This document shows, piece by piece, positions 32,078-45,115 of a stretch of DNA of 55,367 nucleotides. Origin of the DNA: Sphaerodactylus townsendi. Lineage: Eukaryota. The notes beneath the pieces are model-generated. The model saw nothing but the letters and a program-made list of their open reading frames with translations, did no database searches and was not told where the DNA came from. Position 1 is the first letter of the stretch. Every line of letters starts with the position of its first letter. The position numbers were made by a program, and so were the translations under genes. The stretch covers positions 29,140,001 to 29,195,367 of the forward strand of contig NC_059439.1 of NCBI RefSeq assembly GCF_021028975.2. The letters are read 5' to 3'.

Positions 32078-32765
32078 TCAACTCCCATCCCTCCCAAAAA
32101 GGCACTAATTAGTGGGGGAGGGGTAGTTTGTTTATTTCCTCATCCACTCGAAACAGAAAAATCATCAAATTATGTACAGAATTCAGAAGTGATGTTTGAA
32201 GGAGTGCATCTTTACTTGCCCCTTGACACGTGTAAAAAAAGGTGACCCCCAAAAATCACCGTCTGAAGGAACCTGTGAAATGTATAAGTGTTTCCACCCG
32301 GTTATTCAGGTAGCACTAGGCCCTTGCAAAAGGAAAAGCTCAAATGTCTTAGAAGTGTTCAGCAAAACATTCAAAACATGAATCCAAAGTGAGAATAAAT
32401 GCCCAATCTGAAGAGGCCATTTTCCTTAAAAAAGAAAAGTTTCTTTTCGATGCTGGTTCATCAACAAAACAAGGGAAGTCGAGAGCAACAGAAAGGGAGG
32501 AAAAGAATGATCAAAACGAAGTTTTGAGAAATCTATACACTAAATTCATACCCCATCTCACCCCCATCAGCATAAGTCTCTTGAACAAAAGGACCATCGT
32601 TGTTTTGTCCCAAAACACACTCCCTTCGCTAAAAGTTCAGGGTCAAGAAGGGACCAACATGTGACTAACATGGTGTTTCATTTGTTTTTTTGCAAAAAAT
32701 GAACTTCCTGTGACGAGACTCCTCATCCTCTCCCTCGATCAAAGGATCTCGCTGCGGTCTCAGTA

Positions 32766-32800
32766 CTATGCTGGCAAACTCAACTTCTTGCCTTTTAGAA
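32766..32800 (-). CDS. KDELR1: KDELR1 exon 5
   Basis: TAG acceptor; (V)[10 protein letters not shown]. Confidence 0.95.
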
Positions 32801-35800
32801 CTAGGAAGGAGAAAGAAAAAGGATATATCAAAATCTTAGGACGGTTGATAGGAATCCTTACCCACTACTGAAATGACACTGTCTTACCAAAGGAACCTTC
32901 CAGAACAAAAATCTGTTAGCTTTATACTCTAAGCACCACAAAATATATGGCCATGTCTGAAAATTGTATCTTTCACGCTGATAAATGTACCAAATACAAA
33001 CATTGTAGACTTCAAAGAAAGCAGACATATCAGACATATATTAATATAACTACATAATTTAGAGGTTGCTGCTATGCAATGGCCTCCCTGTGTCTGTGGT
33101 CTAAAGAAATCAGTTCGTTGTGCCAAATGACAGGGCTGGACATCTGTTGAGTTCTACACAAATAAGGAGGTATACTTTGGACTGTTCCAGCTACTTTATC
33201 TGAAGCTGTTTATTTTTTTATCTGAAGGAGATCACTGAACTGCTAATTAACACGTCGCCACCATACAACTAGTATTTTCCATTTTAATTTTATATACCAC
33301 TTTCCCAACACAAGTATTCTCAGGGAAGTACTTACAAGATAATGAAGAGGTACATGCCCACCAAAGAGGCTGAAGTTCAACTCCTACTGTAGAGTGCCCT
33401 CTAGTGACCTTTAAATTAGATGCATTTCTCCTTCAAGATTACGTTATTGATTTTCAGCAACTCCTCGCACATACACACAAAGATTCAGAGAGAACTGAAA
33501 AAAACATTGAATCCCCAAATACTCCCCACCGGCATTTGGACTCCTACTCATCACACCTCCTAAAAAACCCCAAGAATAAGGTGACCAGATGGTCACCTTT
33601 CTGACCCGGGATGGGGAAGTGCATCATTTTGCGTGTGCGGAAGGGGCCATAACCTGTCACAGGGCGGCAAACGGCAAGCCCCAGAAGCCCGTGTGCTCCT
33701 GCGGCCGGGCACACGGGAGGCTGCCGCACTGCCTTCCACTCCCAAGGCAGTGCAGCAGCCTCCCAAAAATAGGGACAATTTGTAAAACCCGCGGGACGTG
33801 GGACAAATTGTCCAAAGGCGTGACGGTCCCGCCAAAAGCGGGACGGCTGGTCAGTCTACCCAAGAAATCCTATTTGTAAAGTACCTTTTGTAATGTAGAG
33901 GTAGAAGAAATCGCAGTAGAGCACCGTCTGCACCAAGCCAGCCACGATGGCAATGAGGTCAAAGAAGCCCTCGAACTGATAACGCCAGATCCAGTTGAAT
34001 AAATACAAGGCGCGGTAGACACCCAAGGCGAAGAGATAGTGGCTTGTGATGGTTTCTGCCTCCCCCGTTTTACTAACCATGAAGAGCTGTGGCAGGATAG
34101 CTACTGACTCCAGGTAGATGGAGAAAGTCCAGAGAATCTGCAGATGAACAAAAGAGAGAACTGTTTGATTGGCAAATGTAATTCTGACAAAGAAGCAGAG
34201 TTTAGGGCCAGCTTATAACATCCCCCACAAAATGTGTCGCCGTCCCATCAACAGTCTGAATTTTTTTCACTTTCAAAGAACATTTGTAGCCGATTCTTCC
34301 AAAGTTAAGTGTGACTTATAAACTTTGAAAAACATCTCAAGGACCCAGGGGTGGCCTGAGGGATCTGTGGTTATGGCCCCTTCCGCACACACAAAATGAT
34401 GCGTTTTCAAACCACTTTCACAACTGTTTGCAAGTGGATTTTGCCATTCCGCACAGCTTCAAAGAGCACTGAAAGCAGTTTGAAAGTGCATTATTCTGCA
34501 TGTGCGGAATGAGTCTATGATTTTCCACTCTGCTGCTGTAAATGTAGAGGCATTTGCAGTGGCAACGGAGCATCTTCATGGGGGGGGGGGATTGTCTATG
34601 TTTCCTTGGAATCTCCCCCACCCCACTGCTGGTGGGCTTTTTGTCAGTTTAAGAAAAAGGAGCTGTTCTGCCACCGTAGTGTTATGACGCTGTAGCAATA
34701 CAGTAACTGTGATATTTTTTAATGCTGGCAAAAATTCCAAAGGTGGCATGGAAGGGGGGAAACAGTAGGTGCAAGGGGGAACTGAAGAAAACTGGAACCA
34801 TTGTGGTGTGTGTGTGTGGGGGGGGGGGAGTTTTAAAAACCTGCACCTTCTTGCCCACATGAGGAAGCCTGCTTTGCCTATGATCTTTCTGAAAACATCA
34901 TCCCGGGGTGCAAAAGATTTTTCAGGAGTGGGACACGGAGCAGATTTGGAGCTTGGTTGCGAAAGCATAAGACTCTGTTACCTCCAGGGGAGTAAAATCA
35001 TGATTCACTAGGAAGGCTAAGACTGCTGTGGGAATAACCAGAAACTCCACCCGGAAAGTATCGTGGTTGCCATCGTAGGTCGCTTTGAATTTGCTATAAA
35101 TCATCCACACTGTGGCATAAGAGCACGCGATGTAAACCACCTGAAATGAGATAAAGAGGCCAGAAGGAATAACTGAGGGGCAAACTATGTACCCACATCC
35201 CCCACCCTGCTTTCTAGGTAGCTAAAGTATACCCTTCTTTACGTTTTGGGATTCTACCTCTCCCTAGGAAAGCTGACCTCAAGATTAATATTGCCCTATG
35301 CTAAAACAAGTTCGGGTTTATACCTCGTCCTTCTAGATTCAAGTATCTCTTTCATTTCCTCCCTGAAATAGTTTATGCATAACAAAGGTATTTTTCCCAC
35401 AGAGGGACAAGGTTTGTCTCGCTTCCCTGTGGCTGCTGTGGCTGCTGATACACTGCAGCAGTAATGGGGCTTTCCTGTGGCAGGTTTCCCTGCCCCAGTG
35501 CCCTGGCGGGAGGCCGTTCCCTTCCACATGCCACCAGGGCTCTTTCACTTAAAAGAAAAACTGGCAATTGAATATCATTGTATTGTTGCATTCACTGTTA
35601 TTATATCAAATTCTCCGATGTGAACGTTCCATTTTTTTAAAAAGTCTCTATCCCCTTTTATTGCCTTTCCCCTTACATCTCCACAACAAAAGGGGCTAGA
35701 GATTTGCTTTTTTAAAAAAATGAACACTGGGAATTCAGAGAACCTGAATGAACAGATATGTACAAAGATATAATAGTATTCAATTGCTGATGAAAGGGAA

Positions 35801-38775
35801 GGATCAAGAAAATACAAGTTTTCCCATCTACAAGTTTCGCTGTAATCTTTGCTGAAACTTTACAGCACAGCAGACTTGGGAAGCATTAGAGAAAAGCCAG
35901 AAAAATCCTGCAAAGTGGACAAACAAACCAGGATGCTATGGAGAAATTTGGGGGGGGGGGGACCCACTTGAACCTGGAGCAAAAAACTGATGTGAAAACA
36001 GGCCATATCTCCCCCTCCCCACTTAAGCTGATGCAGCTTTACTAATCTTGCATTAAAGATCTATTCATTCCTGTAGCTCTTTTCAGAGTAAACTAAAGTT
36101 GACTTTTAAGTGCTATCTGCAAAGGTTGCAGGGTTGTCGAACAATTGACCCTTTTAGATTTACTGCCTTGTTTTAAACATTTTATTAGCATAAGATTATG
36201 CTAACTTGCAGCTTATCCAGAATCTCTAGAAAGCCAGAAAGCCAAGTGTGATGAAGTCGTTTGTATAACTCAAGGGTTCCTTTTCTCTTCTACAAACATG
36301 TAAGCATTATTCTCTGCAAACAAGATGGCAACAAGTACCTGCACAAAATCGTTCTTAATAAAGTCAATATATTCACTAGAGCCCCAAAGAGTGATTATGA
36401 GTTAGGAAACATAATCGTTTATTTTCACTGAACAGCTAAGAAACTGAAACAAACAACATATAAAATAAGACAGTTGCCTGTATACCCTACAGCTACCAAT
36501 TGTGACACAAAGTTAATTCAGGCAAAGCTTGGTGGGGAAGTGTAAGAGCTGAGGACGTGGCCTTCTTTCCCCGAGCATCTCCCTCGCTACCCTAGCGTGC
36601 GCCCTTCCTCTCTAGTCCCAAGTTAGACTCATCCAGTCCAGCATGAAGCCTGTACCTTCATAGACGTGTTGTACATGGAGATGTAGTTGGTAAATAGATC
36701 TAGGTACCGAGTAGTGAAGACAATGGCAAACAGAATTTGGCTCTTTCCAGAAATCCCTGCATAGAGAAGTAGAGGGCAGTGAAACTCACACATAGCCACA
36801 AGGGAAAGATGGGGAAATCTGTAACGGGTCTCCTCTCAGAAGGCATCCTAGAGGAATTGAATCATCCATCAACACACTGGGCGAGTGAAGAAGCAAAACA
36901 TACTGAACGATTTCCCCCAAACACCCCAGAGCTGGGATATATTAATCATTAGGATTTACACAATCCACCACTAATATATCATGAGGCCAGCTTTAAGAGA
37001 TAATCTACGGCCTTTCCCAGTTTTGCACAGCAGGAGGAAAGTCTCCTGTTCGGCCTGAGGGAATCTATACACAAGTTAGACTGGTAGCTTCCCTCCAGTC
37101 CACCTGGATGAGAACTGGCATCATTCAAGTGATTGTGAAGTCTAAATATCCCATCTTTCACTCTGTAGTAGACTGAGAATAGTTTTCACATCATCATTCA
37201 TCCTTTATACCAATTCCCCATAACACACTTGTCCTTCAAAATTTCACAAGTTTCATCCACAAATGGACAGAATTCAACTTCCAGTTAGATTCCCATTTCA
37301 AACACTTTCTTCCCTTTTTTCCCCTTTACAAAAACCAGTGGGCACACACACACATCCATGAGTTGTGTATAAATTTATCATTTAAGGAACATTGCTATAA
37401 AAGAATACCAGAAACCAAACACCACTAGCGGGCCTCTTTTCTTTTGCTGAGGCAAGTTGAATGCATCCTACTAATAATAATAGACACAAGTTTCTTATAA
37501 TTAAAAATTCTGTACCCCACTTAGTCGCAGGCTTTTGTACAGCCAGCCTCTTACCTGAAGGAAAAAAAGGGTCAGTTTCTCCACTGTTAAATGCAAAGTA
37601 AACTCCTCTCTTATTGCAATAACGCTTTTTTCATTTCCCAGTTTTGTTTAAACATGCAAGGTGATGTCACAATGAATGTTGAAAGCCGAGAATTTTTTCA
37701 AGCTGTCACCAACTTCCTAAATATGGATACCTGGTTGTTTCCAAAAGGCCGAGATCCTGCACACGCTTACCCAGGTGTACCCAAGTTTTGAGTGAGCGGG
37801 CACAGGATCAGACTGCATAAATCCCCAGTTTAAAGCAGAGGTATTTAGCGGAGAATAGGCCTTTGAAAACAATAACCAACTATGGCCCCTTCTGCAACTT
37901 TCAGTCCACTTTCACAATTGTTTGCAAGTGGAGTTTGCTATTCCCCACAGTCAAATCCAGCTGCAACATGCATTAAAAGTGGATTGAAAGTGGATTATTC
38001 TGCATGTGCGGAAGGGGCCTATGTCTGAGCATCCAGCAGCTGGGATTTTTTTTCTAAAGCAATTCAAGCCCATCGTGTCTCAACCAAAACTGTCACTGCC
38101 AACTTAAAAAAAAGAAAAAAATGCCCCATAATCAACAGCCAAGTTGGAGGAGGGAAAAGGCACCGCGGGTATAGTTGATAATCCCAATAATTTATTTGAG
38201 TCCCAGGCTGATTCCGCCTGGGCCAAAAGCAGCAGTGTGAAAAGGGGATGAAAACAGTGCAAACCCTTTTACACCGTTTTATAGTCTTTTAAACCGTTTT
38301 CACACCACTGTTTTTGGTCGAAGCGGAATCTGCACCTGAAACAAACCTTTAGGTAAATAAAAGAGCGGACTTCAGCAACTGCCGGGTTTTATTCTTTGTT
38401 AAAAAAAAACTCAGCGACTTGTTAAAAAGTTAAAGACAACTCATCACTTTGCAAAAGACAATTCAACGGAAGGGAGGGGAGAGAGAGAGAGCGAGGAGGA
38501 GGGACCAGCTTGCCAAGTCAGTTGCAAAGCGTCAATTAGTCATTTGCAGATTGGCTCAGGGGAGAGGCGACGCGTTCCTTGTACAATGTGGCCATCGTTT
38601 CTCCCAGGGAATAAAGGGCATTTCGCGTCCCAGCAGAGAGAGCTATAATGGCAGCCCCCCTGGACTCTTAGGACCCTGCCTTACCCGCGCATGATCGCGT
38701 CTTCCAGATCTTCAGCAGCAAGATGATGATGGCCAACAGATGAGAAATGTCTCCCAGGAAGCGGAATATATTCAT
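32766..38775 (-). CDS. KDELR1: ER lumen protein-retaining receptor 1; join(38685-38775,36656-36756,34982-35140,33885-34137,32766-32800), 639 nt, 212 aa
   Basis: [37 protein letters not shown]...LFTNYIS...VVYIACSY...[24 protein letters not shown]...[12 protein letters not shown]; all introns GT-AG; KDELR1-type residues and synteny. Confidence 0.97.
33577..33858. mobile_element. hAT (Blackjack-like) non-autonomous element
   Basis: Termini TAAGGTGACCAG/CTGGTCAGTCTA; perfect 8-bp TSD CCCAAGAA. Confidence 0.8.
33885..34137 (-). CDS. KDELR1: KDELR1 exon 4
   Basis: CAG|ATT acceptor, G|GTAC donor; [19 protein letters not shown]...YLYITK. Confidence 0.97.
34375..34515. mobile_element. PIF/Harbinger-like MITE
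   Basis: TIRs, TSD TAT. Confidence 0.8.
34982..35140 (-). CDS. KDELR1: KDELR1 exon 3
   Basis: CAG|GTG acceptor, GAG|GTAAC donor; VVYIACSY...HDFTPLE. Confidence 0.97.
36656..36756 (-). CDS. KDELR1: KDELR1 exon 2
   Basis: CAG|GG acceptor, AAG|GTACAG donor; [33 protein letters not shown]. Confidence 0.97.
37884..38019. mobile_element. PIF/Harbinger-like MITE
   Basis: TIR GGCCCCTTC, TSD TAT. Confidence 0.8.
38685..38775 (-). CDS. KDELR1: KDELR1 exon 1 (coding part)
   Basis: AAACCATG Kozak context; G|GTAAGG donor. Confidence 0.97.
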
Positions 38776-38779
38776 GGTT

Positions 38780-39330
38780 TTGAGCAGAGCGGCTCCCTTT
38801 TAACGTCCCCCTGGGAAACCTGCAGGAAATGCGGACTATAAGGACGGTCCGGAAAGGAGGCCGGTCGGGGTGGATCTTGACTTGGGGGGATTCTTCTGGG
38901 GGGTGTTTTTTTGCACCCAAAACAAGCCGAGCACTGCGCCCGTGCGCCTGAGGAGGGTGTCTGGGAAGGAAGGCCCCGAAAAGGGGCGGGGAGAGGGGAG
39001 GTTTTCCACACCCCCGGTGGGGCCGGGTTTGCCACGGCGAAGGGAGGGGTTTATGAATGGCGAGAGCACGGGTGTGGGGGGAGCTTGGCACGGAGATGGG
39101 GGGAGGCTGCTGCTTCTGCTGGAAATAAATCATGCAACGTTTCCTGCCAAGCAAAACTCACAAGTGCGCGTAAACACTAGAGAGAGGATAGAAACGCATT
39201 GTTTTCCTTCCTATTGAAACGGGGTCGGGAGTCGTTGCAGGGGGCGGCCCTGGAGAGCCACACACGTGCCCGCCTGGGAAACGGTTAAGAGTTCCGGTTT
39301 CAGTCCTGCCTCTTTTTCTGCGTCCCCAAG
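38780..39330 (-). promoter_or_regulatory. KDELR1 5' UTR / CpG-rich promoter
   Basis: GC/CpG-rich stretch immediately upstream of the ATG with GC boxes (ggggcgggg ~38983). Confidence 0.65.
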
Positions 39331-39419
39331 AATAGGGGAAACTCAATGGGGGAGGGGCATCAGATCATTTGTTATCATGCAAAGGAAAAGAGGGGACGGG
39401 ATGCGTTGCAGTGTTTCAG

Positions 39420-39705
39420 AGAAGAAGAGGAGGAGTTTGGATTTATACCCCCCTTTCCTGTAAGGAGACTCAAAGGGGCTTAACAGTCTCCTTTCCCTCC
39501 CCCGCCACAAACACCCTGTGAGGTGAGTGGGGCTGAGAGAGCTCCGAAGGACTGTGACTAGCCCAAGGTCACCCAGCTGGCATGTGTTGGAGCGCACAAG
39601 CTAATCTGGTTCACCAGATAAGCCTCCACAGCTTAAGTGGCAGAGTGGGTAATCAAACCTGGTTCCCTAGATTAGAGTGCACCTGCTCTGAACCACCCTG
39701 GCTCT
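39420..39705 (-). mobile_element. tRNA-derived SINE (Squam3-like)
   Basis: Near-full copy. Confidence 0.85.
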
Positions 39706-39721
39706 CTTCCTGGACGTGACC

Positions 39722-39915
39722 GGTGGTGGAAGTGCCACCAAATTGCAGCTAACTTATGGTGACCCTATAGGGTTTTCAAGGCAAGAGACCAACAGAGGTG
39801 GCTTGCCATTGCCAGCCTCTGCATAGCAACCCTGGACTCCTTTGGTGGCCTCCCTTCCAGTTACTAATCTTCCCAGATCTAACCACTGCGGCCTAGCCTG
39901 AACCATTCAGCCCAG
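39722..39915 (-). mobile_element. 5S-derived SINE
   Basis: Reverse-complement homology to 25000-25195. Confidence 0.65.
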
Positions 39916-40274
39916 AGCCAGAAGACTTTAGACTAGAAGTCCCCAACGTGCCTGCCAACACTTTTTTCTCTTGCCCACCCAGTGGTTTTAGAAGATTTGA
40001 TCAGCAGTGAAGATTTTTTTAAAAAAAAAACCCTTTACTTTGGCAGCAGCTATCACCACAGCACCAAGATCTTAGCTGTGCGGCTGAAACTGTGGCAACC
40101 ACTTTGAAGCTGGTTTGACCTTTTGTGGCTCCGCCCACTTTCCTGCTGCAGGATAATTCTTCTTGAGTCCACGTAATCATATTTACGGGGATTCAGAGCC
40201 CCTAACACCAAAAACTGAAAGTCATTCTCAAGAGTGGCCAGCCTGACAAGTGCCCAGTCCGACCCTCTCCCCCC

Positions 40275-40508
40275 CAGAGGCGTATCTATGGAAAATGTAG
40301 ACTGGTGCAAAATCTGAGTTTTCCACTCCCACCATATGTGTGGCTGCCCTCCCCACCATGACCAAACAACTTTTTTGCACCAGGTCTTGAAGTTAGTGTA
40401 TGGACCCGGGGGGAAAGGAGGAGGGGTGTGGGGGGGGGACGATTTTCCACCCCCTGTTTGACAAAATGGCCGATGCCCAGGGACATTTGACCCCATGTCA
40501 CGCCCCTG
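40275..40508 (-). mobile_element. hAT MITE (CAGGGGCGTA family)
   Basis: Termini CAGAGGCGTA/CACGCCCCTG; reverse-complement homolog of 49838-50077. Confidence 0.8.
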
Positions 40509-40721
40509 CTCTCTCCCATTTGGGGTCCTCAATAGTTGCAATTCACTTTCAGTGCAGTGTATTACACACAGGTTGTTTTTCTGTTCAGTAGTTGAAGCCC
40601 AGTGAGGCCCTTGTTACATTATATTAAATCATTTATTAAGATCTTTTTGACTACACCTTTATTTTGTCCAAAGTTATCACGGCTGTATTTGTAAATGATT
40701 CTTACATTGCAGGCATCTCTA

Positions 40722-40813
40722 CGTTCTTGGGAGGTATACACACTGAAAATGGCACATTTGGAATCACGGAATCTCGTTCTTGGGAGGTATACACACTGAA
40801 AATGGCACATTTG
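40722..40813 (+). repeat. 39-bp perfect direct duplication
   Basis: cgttcttgggaggtatacacactgaaaatggcacatttg at 40722-40760 and 40775-40813. Confidence 0.95.
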
Positions 40814-40842
40814 CAATCCCCACAGGAATAACAGACATCATT

Positions 40843-41170
40843 CCAGCGTGGTGTAGTGGTTAAGAGCAGGTGGATTCTAATCTGGAGAACAGGGTTTGAT
40901 TCCCCACTCCTCCACCTGAGTGGCAGGGGCTTATCTGGTGAACCAGATGTGTTTCCGCACCCCTACAATCCTGCTGGGTGACCTTGGGCCAGTCACAGTT
41001 CTCTCTGAACTCTCTCAGCCCCACCTCCCTCACAAGGTGTCTGTTGTGGGGAGAGGAAGGGAAAGGAGCTTGTGAGCCACCTTGAGACTCCTTACAGGAG
41101 AGAAAGATGGGGGTATAAATCCAAACTACTACTCCACCTCCTCCTCCTCCTCCTCCTTTTCTTCTTCTTC
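40843..41170 (+). mobile_element. tRNA-derived SINE (Squam3-like)
   Basis: A/B boxes, (CCT/CTT)n tail. Confidence 0.85.
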
Positions 41171-42014
41171 CAGAGTGATTCCTACACAGGAATTTCTCAT
41201 GCGTAAAACAGCCTTCACATGGTGTACAACACTAGCACACATCAGCTGAAAAGAAGAATCTTTCTTCTCTTTCTCTTTCCCCCCCCCCCCCCCCCCCGCC
41301 CGCCCGCCCGCCCAATACTTGAAACATGATTTTACTCCTCTTCATCTGTCATCTCTATGTCGGGCAAAAGAGGGCACTGCAACCTCAGAATTGATGCTTC
41401 GCCGGTTCCAACCCTTCTAGTTTATTTACACTGGCATCTTCAGCTAGCATCATCCACAGGTGGGCACAGTCTCCCATCAGCTGGGCAGCATTTAGGAGAA
41501 ATGTTTAAATGTAGGACAGACACTGTAAGCAAGCAGGAGCCTTGGATGTCTAGGAAACACTGGATGGTTTCTGTAATCCTCTCTTTTCCAGCACAGCAGC
41601 TATAGACCAGGCATCTGAAGCAAACGCTCTGTTAAACAGACTGCCTCCTCCAGTTCCACCTCAGGACTGGAGTGCTATTCCATAACAGGTGGCTTTCGCG
41701 TGAGGCGTTTTCCTACCGTTCTGAATTCCCGAACGGTTCAAGTTCAGAGAGCTGGGTTAATCCAGACCCTTGATTATCCGCATTTCCTTCTTCCCCGCAG
41801 CCTGCCTGCGTGCCCAGCTGACGTTTCAGCCCAAAAGAACATCTTGGAGTGTTCCTTGTGATAATTAGCCCTGTGGTTAATCAAAGCAGAAGTAGGTTTG
41901 GTCTGCATTTAGGTTAAGCTGTGTATCCTCCAGAGCAAAAGTAAATCAAGTGGAGCTTTTCCCTCGTACGCAACCTGTTAGAACACAGCTTTTTTTAAAG
42001 TGGGGGTGGAGAAA

Positions 42015-42206
42015 CAGAGGTGGGATCCAACCAGTTCTCACCATTTCTCTAGAAGTGGTTACTAATTTTTTCTGAGTGCCGAGAAGGGGTGACTAAAGCA
42101 ACCTCCCTGCCCAATAGGCACTGGAGGTGCGTGTGTGCGGCGGCGCCACTGTTTGAATCCCACAATCATCAGAACCTGTTATTAAAATTTTTGGATTCCA
42201 CCACTG
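42015..42206. mobile_element. hAT MITE (short relative of 24498-24888)
   Basis: Same TIR family; TSD TGGAGAAA/TGGAGAGA. Confidence 0.82.
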
Positions 42207-42265
42207 TGGAGAGATTTCTAATAGGGTTATTGAAAGTATCTGAGCAGATCAGAGATTCCGAAATA

Positions 42266-42753
42266 CAGTGGAACCTCGGTTTTCGTTGGTAATCCGTCCG
42301 AAAAGAATCGATGAAAACCGAAACCGATGAAAACCGAGGCAAACTTTTCCATAGGAATCAATGTAAATCCAATTAATCCATTTTAGGCACTACAAAAAAC
42401 ATACCAAAAACACAATTTTTTGGTGAATAGACATAGTGTTTAATGCTGAAAACACTAACAAACAATAACACTAGGACCAGCTTCAGAGCCAGCAGACCAA
42501 TGTCGCACCACAAAGCTGTCCAAAGAGGTCTGTTTCGGATGCCTCTTTAAGATTTGTCTGAAATGGGGCGAGACTTCGTCATTAAACAAGTTGCAGACGC
42601 GGCCTGCAACAGCTTTGTCCGGGTGATTTTTCTCCACAAACCCCTGCACGGTACTGCAAATCGATGAAAACCGAGACAAATTTTTCACTGAAAAAAATCG
42701 ATGAAAACTGAAACCGATGAAAACCGAAGGCAATGAAAACCAAGGTTCCACTG
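42266..42753 (-). mobile_element. Tc1/mariner-pogo (Tigger-like) internally deleted element
   Basis: TIR CAGTGGAACCTCGGTTTTC/GAAAACCAAGGTTCCACTG, TA TSD; transposase C-terminal remnant FVEKNHPDKA...HFRQILKRHPKQTSLDSF. Confidence 0.88.
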
Positions 42754-42994
42754 TATAACATTTCCACTCAAAGACATTGCGGTGTGCAGTTTCGGAGATT
42801 AGCATAGAGAACGTGCCTCATCCCCCTCAGAAGCACTCTGAGAGCTGCCACATTCATACACGCCACAGAACAGTGACGGGCATTTGAAGTGTGCCTAGTA
42901 GCAACAGCTCCCAGGTTCACAGCATGGTTATTATTGGGCTGTCGGTGCTGGGAAAAGAAACTCCATCCCCTGTTCTAGTGCTTTGCAAGAGGAG

Positions 42995-43327
42995 TGTAGC
43001 CATGTTTAGATAGCTGAAGGGATGTCACGTTGCTGGCGAGGGAGCAAGCTTGTTTTCTGCTGCTCCAGAGACTGGGACCAGGAGTCATGGGTTCAAGGTG
43101 CAGGAAAAGAGATTCCACCTAAACATCAGGAAAAACTTCCTGACAGAAAGGGCTGTTCGACAGTGGGATGCACTGCCTCAGAGTGTGGTGGAGTCTCCTT
43201 CTTTGGAGGTTTTTAAAGAGAGGCTGGATGGCCACCTGTCGGGAGTGCTTTGATTATGTGTTCCTGCTGTGCAGGGGGTTGGACTTGATGGCCCTCAGGG
43301 TCCCTTCCAACTCTATGATTCTATGAA
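42995..43327 (+). mobile_element. CR1 LINE 3' fragment
   Basis: RSHGFKVQEKRFHLNIRKNFLT..AVRQWDALPQSVVESPSLEVFKERLDGHL; ctatgattctatg tail. Confidence 0.88.
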
Positions 43328-44139
43328 TGAGACAAGGCACAGGGGAACCCCCCCCCCCCCAGAAGCCTCCAAATGCACTACTCACACACACATTCTTTCA
43401 AGAGATGTCACTCCTGTTGCCTGCAATGCCAAGTGATCCTCCCCCTCTATAACTCTCCCAACCCACCCACCCCCCTTGCTGCCCCAGAGGATCAGGCGCT
43501 CTGGTATCCCCCATATAACTCCACGCTCAGTGCACTAGACCACAACCTCTGGAATGGTCAGGATCCCCGCATATAACCCACAGGGTTCTTTCCCACCACT
43601 GTTCCAGAGAACACAGGAATCCTGCTTCCCAGGGCATCATAGTTATTCTGGTCTCATTCGTGCGGAGCGAAGCGCATCCGAAAAAGCAATTAAAGTGTTT
43701 AAAAAGCAGGGAGACATGAATTTTGCCAGGCGGCGACTGCCAACGGCACCCATCACAGGTGGGGGGGGGGAATTAATGAATCATTCTCTCCCTCCCCCCC
43801 TCTTCTCCACCACAGAGACCCTCATGGCCAGATGGTACCGTTTTTCCCACACATGCAGGGGCAATAAAAATAACTGGCTCATCTTTCCACGGCTAAAACA
43901 TTGCAGAAACTGCAGCTGTGCTGAGCAGAGGAGGAGGAAAGGGGACAGCCTTATATTTTCAGTGGGGAAAGATTTTAGATTCTCGTGGTCCTATTTCCAC
44001 CTTTGAAAGAAACACTTTTTCTCCACCACTGGTCAGAGCAGCGTACATTGGCACCCCCCATCCTCGGTTTTAACTGCACAACAATTGTGTGATGTGGTTT
44101 ATGCCGGCAGAGTGCCCCAAGGTCACCTAGCAACACTTC

Positions 44140-44431
44140 AGCCAGCGTAGCGTAGTGGTTAAGAGCAGGTGGGTTCTAATCTGGAGAACTGGGTTTGATT
44201 CCCCACTCCTCCGCCTGAGTGGCAGAGGCTGATCTGGTTCACCAGATGTGTTTCCGCACTCCTGCTGGGTGACCTTGGGCTAGTCACAGTTCTTCAGAAC
44301 TCTCTCAGTCCCACTTACCCCACAAGGTGTCTGTTGTGGGGAGAGGAAGGGAAAGGAGCTTGTCAGCCACCTTGAGTCTCCTTGCCGGAGAGAAACGTGG
44401 GGTATAAATCCAAACTCTTCTTCTCTTCTTC
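44140..44431 (+). mobile_element. tRNA-derived SINE (Squam3-like)
   Basis: Full copy. Confidence 0.85.
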
Positions 44432-45115
44432 AAGGCAGCCCAGGGAACTGAACCTGAGTCTTTCAGATCCCAGTCCAAGATTCTAACCACTATATCATAC
44501 TGCCCAGTCTGGTTTGTGAGGTGACTATGGTCTCACAAATTGGAGCACAGGAACCAAAATACGTAGGTTTTCAGGAGGAGGAACAAAAAACCCAAGCGGA
44601 GAAGTCTGGGGTTCAGGAATCTGAGAGCTTAGTGCAGCCATCACAAGCGGACTTATAGTCTTCTAAGCGTACTGACTTTCAATAGATTTAGAAGGGTGTA
44701 ATTCAGCTTATGATAGCAGTATGGCTTTCTTTATTTCTCTTTTTAAACATCCCCCTCCATCTTTCTGTTACATAACAGCCAAGGCAGCTGACAAGCTGTA
44801 CGTAAACAATACCAAAACAGTATAATAAAACCAAGCAGCAATTTTTAAAAAGGCAGACTTACAGGATTAAGCCGGCACAAGGTTTAAAACAGTTTCCTCG
44901 GAACGCGATGCAATTGTCTACCTTCTGGGACAGAAAGGTCTTTGAAAGATGGCGGAAGATGTGAAAGGAGGAAAGAAGGTGGACTTCTCAAGCCAAACAC
45001 TCCCGGAGTCACAGAAGTGGTGGCTGAAAATCTCCCTAGAATTGCAGCTGATCAGCAGACTGCAGAGATCAGGTGCTCTGGAGAAAATGGCCACTTCGGA
45101 GGGTGGACTCTATGA

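Noticed and set aside
38681-39154. 157-aa ORF overlapping the KDELR1 start
   Set aside because: Non-ATG start, out of frame with KDELR1, GC-rich promoter sequence, no recognisable homology.
42289-42745. Repeated gatgaaaaccga units resembling a CRISPR or iteron array
   Set aside because: They are subterminal repeats of a Tigger-like element bounded by TIRs and TA TSDs; eukaryotic context with no cas genes.
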